Source: Octopus vulgaris | Taxonomy: Eukaryota | DNA length: 64,000 nt | Direction: 5' to 3' | Assembly (NCBI GenBank): GCA_951406725.2 | Contig: OX597821.1 | Location: 29,760,001-29,824,000, forward strand | Part shown: positions 54,315 to 64,000 of the stretch, in pieces | Layout: each line of letters opens with the position of its first letter | Numbering within the stretch: the first letter of the stretch is position 1 | Program-made: the position numbers and the translations under genes | The notes under the pieces: generated by a model | Databases searched by the model: none | The model's input: the letters and a program-made list of their open reading frames with translations, nothing else | What the model was told of the DNA's origin: nothing

Positions 54315-54670
54315 TACGTGGAAGTTTACGACCGGTGTGTTTGTTGGCGGAAGAGTTATACAACCATCTGGAAAGTAATAATCTGCTACCGGAAGAATAG
54401 AAAGCATGCCGCAAACGAAAAGGGTAAGAAAAGATCACTTGTTAGTTGATAAAATGATAATTAGAAACTGTACAGGTAGATTGACAGGACTGAATATAGC
54501 GTGGCTAGATTACACAAAAAACGTATGACATGGTACCATCCAGTTGGATAAGGAAAACAGTGAGCATGCCTGGAATAGCAAAAAACATGGAGAAAATGCT
54601 TAATGAAAGTATAAAACATTGGAATACTGAATTGATCAGAGGAAAACACAAACTCGGAAAAGTAAACATA
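54315..54670 (+). mobile_element. R4/Dong-like reverse transcriptase fragment
   Basis: ELYNHLESNNLLPE..KACR; DHLLVDKMI; NIAWLDY.K.YDMVP.SWI. Confidence 0.75.
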
Positions 54671-54782
54671 ATGGAATTGCTACAACTTTGCTGTCTGTGT
54701 TGTGAATTGACATTTGCTCATGCTGGGGTAGTGCTTTAAAGTGTTTCAGCTGAAGACACCGATACCGGTACTTAGTCAAGCC

Positions 54783-55009
54783 GGCGGCGAGCTGGCAGAA
54801 ACGTTAGCACGCCGGGCGAAATGCGTAGCCGTATTTCGTCTGCCGTTACGTTCTGAATTCAAATTCCGCCGAGGTTGACTTTGCCTTTCATCCTTTCGGG
54901 GTCGATTAAATAAGTACCATTTACGCGCTGGGGTCGATATAATCGACTTAATTCGTTTGTCCTTGTTTGTTTCCTCTGTGTTTAGCCCCTTGTGGGTAGT
55001 AAAAAAATA
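54783..55009 (+). mobile_element. Young Meta-like SINE with 16-bp TSD
   Basis: GGTACTTAGTCAAGCC (54767-54782) / GGTACTTAGTAAAGCC (55010-55025). Confidence 0.9.
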
Positions 55010-55128
55010 GGTACTTAGTAAAGCCGTCTCTCCTGCCTGAACGCTACGTTATGGTGACTTAAACAAACCAACAACCGGGTGCTAAGTACCAGCAATGTGT
55101 GGCAAACATAATCACAGACTGACTGACG

Positions 55129-55186
<58 letters not shown>

Positions 55187-55477
55187 CATATCATCATCAT
55201 CATCTGTGCTTTCACACAGTTTTGTCTACCAAATTTATTCGCGAGCATTGATCGGTACTGCGCAGTGGTATTGAACCTGAAACCACGTGTTTGCAAAGTG
55301 ATCTTCTTAGACAGACAGACAGACATACACGTATCTAAAAACCTCGTTGGACTGTGAAATTATTGTTTCGTTTGTTTTTTTGTGTATTTGTATTAAATTT
55401 CCATTATTCATTACGAGGTATTTCCTGTAGTGTTTGTGGCAATATAATTCTTTCTAGTTTCTTTTTTTTTTTTTACT

Positions 55478-55800
55478 AGCACTCCGTCAGTTACGACGAC
55501 GAGGGTTCTAGTTGATCCGATCAACAGAACTGCCTGCTCATGAAATTAACGTGCATGTGGTTCAGCACTCCACAGACACGTGTACACTTAACGTAGTTCT
55601 CAGAGAGATTCAGCGTGACACAGAGTTTGATAAGGCTGATCCTTTGAAATACATGCACTACTCATTTTTACCAGCTGAGTGAACTGGAGCAATGTAAAAT
55701 AAAGTGTCTTGCTCAAGGAGACAACGCGACGTCCGGAATTGAACACACAAATTTACGATCGTAAGTCAATTACCCTAACTACTAAGCCACGTGCCTTAGC
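55478..55800 (-). mobile_element. tRNA SINE with CORE-like and Nin/Deu-like segments
   Basis: TGGCTTAGTAG, GTTCAATTCC, CCTTGAGCAAGACACTT, CCACATGCACGTTAA. Confidence 0.7.
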
Positions 55801-56690
55801 TATTACTTATCTATGAACGTGGTAAATTTATTCCCGTGCCAGATTTTATCTGGTATATTCAAAAGTTAATACTTATTTTATCTCTTTTCCTTCCAAATAT
55901 CGTTAATTCATTTACTGCTAACTCGAAAAGAATATTACTATGATTCATTACAAAGCGCTAATTAACAGCTATTATATTTTCTCATTTATAAGTGTTTTAC
56001 GCGTAAATCTAATGGTTCTGCAGTATTCATTCCTAACTTATTCTTTCATTTCTGTACGCATCAGTTAATGAACTAGACATGAGGTGTCTAGTTCATTAAT
56101 TGGTTAATATATTAAACTCTGTTTTGGTATATTCATAATTCTTTTAATTTATCTAACATGATATTGATGAAATTAGTTCACGTCTACCAAATATATTCAC
56201 AAGTCCTTGGTCGGCCGCAATTTGTGGTAAATGTCACTTGGCCAAGGTGCCACGCAGTGGGAACGAACCCGATACCATGTGGTAGGGAAGCAAATTTCTT
56301 ACCACAAAGCTCCGCCAGCGACTATATAACAACAGCCAGAATTTCGGTGACGAGTAATCGAAGGTGGCTAGATCATGAAGCGAATCAAACACAACCATCG
56401 AGCACTCACAGTTCAATCTTCCTTAGGCGTTCATGCCCTACTAAGATCTCAGATGTGTACGGAAAAAATTAATAAAAAATAAGACGGACCCAAGTGTATT
56501 TATATTAGAAATTATTTTTATTAAATTCTTGTATGTTGCTTGTAGCGTTTCCAATTATCTAGTAATTGTCACAATTGTCTTTCTATATTCATATTGTCTT
56601 TTCGTATTATTAAAATGTGTGTAGATGTTTATGTCCGTATGAATAATGTCTATACATTTGCACATATCTATCATCTATCTATCTATTTAT

Positions 56691-56874
<184 letters not shown>

Positions 56875-57079
56875 GCACATATGTATGCATGTCTATATAT
56901 ATATATATATATATATAGGTGTGTGTGTATTTATGTGTGTGTATTTGTTTGTATTGCTTAATATACAGGGCAATGATATTTTTTGATATACTTGTGCAAG
57001 TTTCCGTTTATGTGTGCGCGTTTGTATATCACATATACTTACTTCTCTCAAACTGTCATACAATTAGACACATATATAA

Positions 57080-57705
57080 TATATGCGCTGACTATAGGTT
57101 GCATCGTCCCTGAATTGATAGAGGGGAAGCATTCTGAAGCTGGGTTGTTTGTTATTGGCGCAAATGTGGATATGTTCGTTGAATGCTATTTTTCTGTATT
57201 TCCGAATTTTGATCTGGGATCTATGTAGAGCCATCCTTTTACGTAGACTGTTTTTAGTTAGGCCTATGTATTGCTCTCGACACCCAGAACAAGTTAATAC
57301 ATATATCAGGTTCTCCGAAGCACATGTGAAATTGCTTTTCACTGTAAAACGTTGACCCTGTTTGAAAGAGAATTCTGATCCCTCAAATAGGTTGACGCAT
57401 ATACTGCAGTTAGGTCGTCTAAATTTTTTTTCTTATGGCTTCAGTGCTGTTTTCGAGCGTACATGGGCTTGTGTTAGGAGATTTTTCATAGATTTGGGCT
57501 GTCTTTTGCTCTTTATGATTGTGTGCGCTTGGAGGATTAAATTCATTCTGTGGTCCCTTTTTAGTTGGGAAATGTTCTGGAGGAGGGTGCGGAAGGCTTC
57601 ATTGTTAAGAGGATTGTGTGTGGAGATGTATGGTAGGGCTTTTGGTTGTAAATCCCTCTTTAATTTGTGTATAGGTGCCTATTCAAAAGTGTGGACGATC
57701 TCGTA
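57080..57705 (-). pseudogene. Penelope-like element fragment encoding a GIY-YIG endonuclease
   Basis: FTCASENLIYVLTCSGCREQYIGLTKNSLRKRMALH...EH; upstream LPYISTHNP...KRQPKSMKNLL linker with a frameshift and a stop; abuts (TA)n. Confidence 0.88.
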
Positions 57706-57711
57706 AATGGT

Positions 57712-57769
<58 letters not shown>

Positions 57770-57789
57770 ATATATACACATATATACAT

Positions 57790-57832
<43 letters not shown>

Positions 57833-57839
57833 CAAATAT

Positions 57840-57874
<35 letters not shown>

Positions 57875-58119
57875 GATAGAGCACAAATATATTGAATATT
57901 AAGAACGATATATATATTATTTCTTAACAGTTGTTTCAGGAAACTCAGAGCTACGTGATAATCGTGATATTCATAACTTGGAGTCTTGGAGTCTTGCAAA
58001 GAGTCTTGGGTATGCAACCAGTAAAGATGCACACGAGGATAGTACAATAAGTCCAACACTCGCAATCACGAGGACGTTATGTATCTATGTGCACACACAC
58101 ACACACACATATCTAAATC

Positions 58120-58189
<70 letters not shown>

Positions 58190-59263
58190 ATCAATCTATT
58201 TGTCTGTCTATATATATACATACATATATATATATATATATACATATATATATCTGTATAGACACACACACACACATAGACATCCCTTCCATTTACTGTT
58301 TTTTGAATTATTCCACATTGGGTTTCATTTATATTACATGTCGTCGCAGAGCTAACAAAATTATGTTATACGTTTCTTAAGTTAACTTTATTTAAATATT
58401 CTTTACAATTTTGCGTAATCCATTTGATTTTGCTATGTAAGTTGCTTTTTTTTCTTTCCTTAGACGAAAAATTACTGAAAGGAAAGAAAAGGATACAAAA
58501 AAATCCAAGAAAAAGCTAAAGGAAAGGGAGAGACAGAAATGAAGAGAATTGTATGAATGAAAAAAAATTGAAGACTAAGGAAAAACGAAGAAATTGTATC
58601 ACAGGAAAAAAAATGTATCTAATGTTTGAATAAAACAGATGCAGGCATATTCAGACAATCTGACAAAAGATATTTCAGAAAGAAGCAGAGTGAAATGTCG
58701 TAGACACATTTATAAATCTCTCTCTGTTACTCATATGAACATACGAACACTCTCGTGTATTGAAAATAGCTGATATGCGCAGACAGACAGTTGTATCCAA
58801 CTGTAAACGTATTCATATATAAACATTCCAATTACATGCAGTTACATACATACATACATATAACCAACCATACACGCACATACACAATACTCAGGTGTTT
58901 TGAAATCAAAGCGCACGCCCTCACACATATAAATAATGATAGATGCAAACATAGGCACATTTTTCAAACAGGGGAAAAAGAGACATTCCAATACAGATAC
59001 ATACATAAAGCTGGTGCACACATTCAATTGTGTGTGTGTGTGTATGCGTGTGTGTTTTTGTGTGTATGTGAGTATGTGTATATGTGCTTGTGTGTGAGAG
59101 TATATTTACCAATCTATTATGTATCCAGTTTTCCAATACTTTGCATATCGTTCGATCTCTCTTGCATCTTCCTCTGTATACGTGTCCACATACATATATG
59201 CATGCATACATACAAACATACACACATATGCGTACGTATGTATATATACACATATATTTGTAT

Positions 59264-59312
<49 letters not shown>

Positions 59313-59452
59313 TAGGGATTGTATACATAGAGAGGCAGAGATAGAAGAGAAAATCAAACTCTCCCTCTATCACAACCTATATAATATATATATATATATG
59401 TATATATATAGGATAAATAATATTTATTCTATACATTATATTATTTATTCAA

Positions 59453-59501
<49 letters not shown>

Positions 59502-60615
59502 CATATATTATATATATTTACATATATACATACATACAAACATACGTAAATATGTATACAAACACACATATATATATGTATATATATACGAATATTTATA
59601 GACAGACTAGCCTACAACAAACAAACACATACACACACGCATTTACTAACTCTGAGATATCAAAACCGAAGAATTTTTACATAGATTACTTTTATACAAT
59701 TGAAACTATAACTTGCAGGAAGATTTTCATAGAATATTTCAGAGAAAGATCTTTAATTCCAAGTAATCTGGAGAAAAAAAATTATATATATAAAATAAAG
59801 AAAAAATACGAAAAATATGATTTTGAAAATGGCTTCACCACCTACAACTCTCCATTGGAAAGCTTTTAATAAGAGTGAAAGATTCAAAGGTATGTCAGAC
59901 AACCGATATATTGAAGTATACTTAAACTCCGACCTATAGTCGGATATAAAATAAGATACAATTTGAAATGGAAAATTGGTATTGTAAGATACAAAGATAA
60001 ATACAGAAATATACTGAAATGGATCAATATACGTATAACTACACAGAGATACGTAAGTATAGTCATGTTTACACTCACACAGACGCACACACACACATAT
60101 ATATATACATATATACACATACATTCATTTATTAATGGATATATTTATAAATGTTTACATATAGGTATAGACACACATATTCAGATATGGTTTTGGGCGC
60201 ACATTACATTTGCACGTAGACTATACATCCATACGCATAAGTTCACATGTCTATACACGTACCTACATACATACATACATACATACATACATACATACAT
60301 ACATACATACATACATACATACATGCATGCATGCATACATACATACATACATACATACATACATACATACATACATACATACATACACACATACATACAT
60401 ACATGCATACATACACAAATATACATACATCCTAGTATTAGATAATGTTATAGAAATTGGGATAAATACACACACATATGTGTGAGTGCTTATACACATT
60501 TACATGTTTGTATATATTTATACACGCATACATTCACACAAAATCACGCACACACACAGACATGCACGCACACATACATAGATACACGCGTATATATATA
60601 TACATATATATATAT

Positions 60616-60667
<52 letters not shown>

Positions 60668-60696
60668 TCATATATATACATTCATACATACATACA

Positions 60697-60731
<35 letters not shown>

Positions 60732-61115
60732 TTATATATATATACACACAGATATATATATGTATATACATGTATGAATGTATAGGCATATATGTGTATA
60801 TACTTATGCATTAAAACATACATACACACACATAAATATGCAGGCACGTACACATACACTGATATAAGTGTGCACCATTATAGACTTTAACAAAAAAAAG
60901 ATGGAGGATATAGCCTAACAGTTATATTTCTTATCTGTATATATTATGAATTGTCTGTTTGCATATGTCTGTGTAACTACAAACAGTGAAGAATGTGTGT
61001 GTGTGCGTGTGTGTATGTGCGCGTGTGTATCTATGTGTCTAAATATATATGTATATATATATTTATTTATATATATATATATGTTTATATATGTGTGTGT
61101 ATGCATGTATGTTTG

Positions 61116-61147
<32 letters not shown>

Positions 61148-61889
61148 TGTATGTGTGTATGTATGTATGTATGTGTGTATGTATGTGTGTGTGTGTATGT
61201 ATGTGTGTGTATGTGTGTATGTATGTGTGTATGTATGTATGTATGTATGTATGTATGTGTGTGTATGTATGTATGTGTGTATGTATGTATGTGTGTGTGT
61301 GTATGTATGTATGTATGTATGTATGTATGTATGTATGTATGTATGTATGTGTGTGCATGTATGTAACGTTCTATTAATACAATGTCGACATTTTTCATTC
61401 AATTTTGCTGATTACAATCATCAGAAATATTAGAAAAAGAAAAATTAGTTGCTTTGAGATTTCTGACAATCATTTCATACTTGGTATGTATTGCGTAGCA
61501 TTTTACTTCGTCTGCGATTGTGTCTGTGGTTTTAGCAGTTTGTGTCTGTATTTTTTTTTAGGTGTTTATGTTTTTATATGACTACATTTCTGACTATTAT
61601 CTATTACAACAATATCTTATTTAATTATATACAAAATAACAAATAAGAAAAAGAACTGAACGAAACATATTGCTCTGTGTTTTTGAGTTTCTATGAGACA
61701 CTATTGTTCCTAGTTGTGTTCGTATTTTGCTCCCTACATAAAGAAAAGTTGATTTGTATTTGTTTTGAAAAGGACAAGAATGCATACGTTGAGCTGTTCG
61801 TTGCAGACGATATTTGAATTTGTCTTCTTGCAGTTCAAGCCTGTATTGATACGTTTCAAGATAGAACTTTTGAAATAGTGAGCTTTTTA

Positions 61890-61947
61890 CAGTGTGCGAG
61901 GGATATTCAAGGACACTTAATTACAACTAGATGATACTTTTCAAGTC

Positions 61948-61979
<32 letters not shown>

Positions 61980-63163
61980 TTCTTGCAGGTGATCCTTGGC
62001 AGATAAAATGCTAACACAAGAAATTAAAAACGTGTAGTCTTTGTTGCTCTGTTTGCGGTGAACAGAGATTTAGAAATTGCCAACTTTCTAAATGTTGAAA
62101 TAACTTTTTGTGTGCAAAGTGCGGATAGAATTAGAAGTTTAGTGGGTTCAAATATAGTGGAGAAAAAGATAAGCATATTCGAAGTCAAGGCTGTATAGGG
62201 ACACCGCAACACATTCAACGGGCTCAAAAACGTTATTGATGATGATCCCGGGAAACCATTGAGGTGTCAGATGGGGATATCAAAGCAGTTTAGTGCGAGG
62301 AAATTCCATTTAAGATGTATGTACTGAAAAGAAGCTAATTCATATCTGAAAAGACAGGAAAACCCTTTCATTCGTACCAAGCACGGTTACTTAACAAGGT
62401 TAAATACTCTCACAAACATAGCATGCTTTGATTCTACTCCGATCGAAAAAAAAACAACAACTTTATAAGACCAAAAGGTTAACTGGAGAAATGACAGATG
62501 ATTATGAGCAGATCCTTCTGCTGTTCCCAGAGTGATGGTCACTAAGATTCCAGTTACTGTGATGAGTTTAGGGTTTGTGAGTAATGACGGTCATATCATG
62601 CCAGCTCAAATCTTTCCACAGGGTCTTAGAATTAATGCTGCTGGATAGGTTGAGGTGCTGTAGACTGGTATTAAATCGGAGATGAACGGATGAAGTATAC
62701 AGTGGAAAGCCATATGCGTTTCAGCAAACTCAGCACATTCTCATAGCGCCAATGTTATTCAAAAAATGGATGTCAGATAATCCTTGCGATCACATAACAC
62801 CAACCAGCCTTGTGGGTTATAAACTCGACAGATTTAAATCCCATAGACTATTAAGTTTGGAGTGTTGTTGATAGCGGGACTAATCGAAATCCTCAAAATA
62901 CTTGACTGAAGCTTCACTGAAGGCCGCCAATGTCGAGATGAAATCTAAAATGTATAAAGATCATTTAGTGCAGGTATGTCAACGATACCAGACCTGCATT
63001 GAAGCAGACATCAATGCAGAAGGTGCATTTGTAGGATAATTAGGAAAGCTTATGAAGAATATTTATGCACAGATTTTTCTTATTAATATGCTTTTAGTTT
63101 TTGGTAGGTTAGAATTGCTTTATTAAATTTACAAAAATCTCCTCAAATTCCCTTCATTCCTTG
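61890..63163 (+). mobile_element. Decayed Tc1/mariner-superfamily (maT/DD37D-like) transposon
   Basis: VMSLGFVSNDGHIMPAQIFPQGLRINA; FQQ.SA.SH; NS.DLNPIDY.VW; degenerate TIRs after TA. Confidence 0.75.
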
Positions 63164-63523
63164 TATTCAGATCTTTATGCAAAGAGATTTCATATTGGCA
63201 TTGTTTTACTTCTGCATTTCATTACAAATTGTTATATTGCGAGGATGTCGTAATTATATAACAATTGCTTAACATTAATTACCAGTTAATTACATATTTA
63301 AAGCCGGTGACTCCATTACGATCGTTCATCGCTGTGTAATTTCTGTGATTAGTTACTTTTCATTTTGTTGTTGTTTCTGACATAAATCACATTTACTTCA
63401 AGATCCTAATATCGCTTTAAGATGTCGTGTGGACACTTCAACTTGCCAGTAGCACCGTTTAAGATGGTTTCAATTTAGTGGACGCCGTTCTGGTTCCTAT
63501 TGCTTTCAAATCTTGTTTGACAT

Positions 63524-63920
63524 TCTTCTTCTTCTTCTTCTTCTTCTTCTTCTTCTTCTTCTTCTTCTTCTTCTTCTTCTTCTTCTTCTTCGTCTTCTTC
63601 TTCTTCTTCTTCTTCTTCTTCTTCGCCTTCTTCGTCTTCTTCTCCTCCCCCTCCTCCTTCTCCTCCTTCTTCTCCTCCTCCTCCTTCTCCTCCTCCTCCT
63701 CCTCCTCCTCCTCCTTCTTCTCCTCCTCCTTCTCCTCCTCCTCCTTCTCCTCCTCCTTCTTCTCCTCCTCCTTCTCCTTCTCCTTCCTCTTCTTCTTCTT
63801 CTTCTTCTCCTCCTCCTTCTCCTCCTTCTCCTCCTCCTCCTCCTCCTTCTTCTTCTCCTACTCCTCCTTCTTCTTCTCCTCCTTCTTCTTCTCCTCCTTC
63901 TTCTCCTCATCCTTCTCTTC
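63524..63920. repeat. (CTT)n/(CCT)n microsatellite
   Basis: Direct inspection; similar tracts at 40790-41075 and 41790-41975. Confidence 0.95.
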
Positions 63921-63956
63921 TATTCCAATTTGCTTTGTATTCCTCTTGATGTTTAC

Positions 63957-64000
<44 letters not shown>

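Noticed and set aside
57925-57990. GAAACAACTGTT half-hammerhead on the minus strand near the GIY-YIG fragment
   Set aside because: No CUGANGA partner found.

Overview
AT-rich, gene-poor eukaryotic DNA made almost entirely of microsatellites and transposable elements. The SINE repertoire (tRNA heads with CORE-, Meta-, V- and Nin-like bodies) suggests a cephalopod such as Octopus (inference). No intact host gene is recognisable, and most long ORFs in the track are translated simple repeats. Recognisable elements: six copies of a ~410-455 bp Merlin-like MITE carrying (TTAGGG)n; decayed mariner, maT/Tc1 and hAT transposons; HERO, R4/Dong, RTE and CR1/L2-type LINE fragments; Penelope remnants (RT motifs, GIY-YIG); and many SINEs, some in head-to-tail arrays. 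The most notable signal is a set of small non-coding fold-back elements, most of them inside (TA)n tracts, that carry type-I hammerhead ribozyme (HHR) motifs on both strands (13374-14265, 14429-14640). One element joins a tRNA-type Pol III head to an HHR tail (15508-16169). Further HHRs lie at 51781 and 5762. Together these look like a Penelope-mobilised, retrozyme-like system. All calls are by eye; nothing was database-searched.
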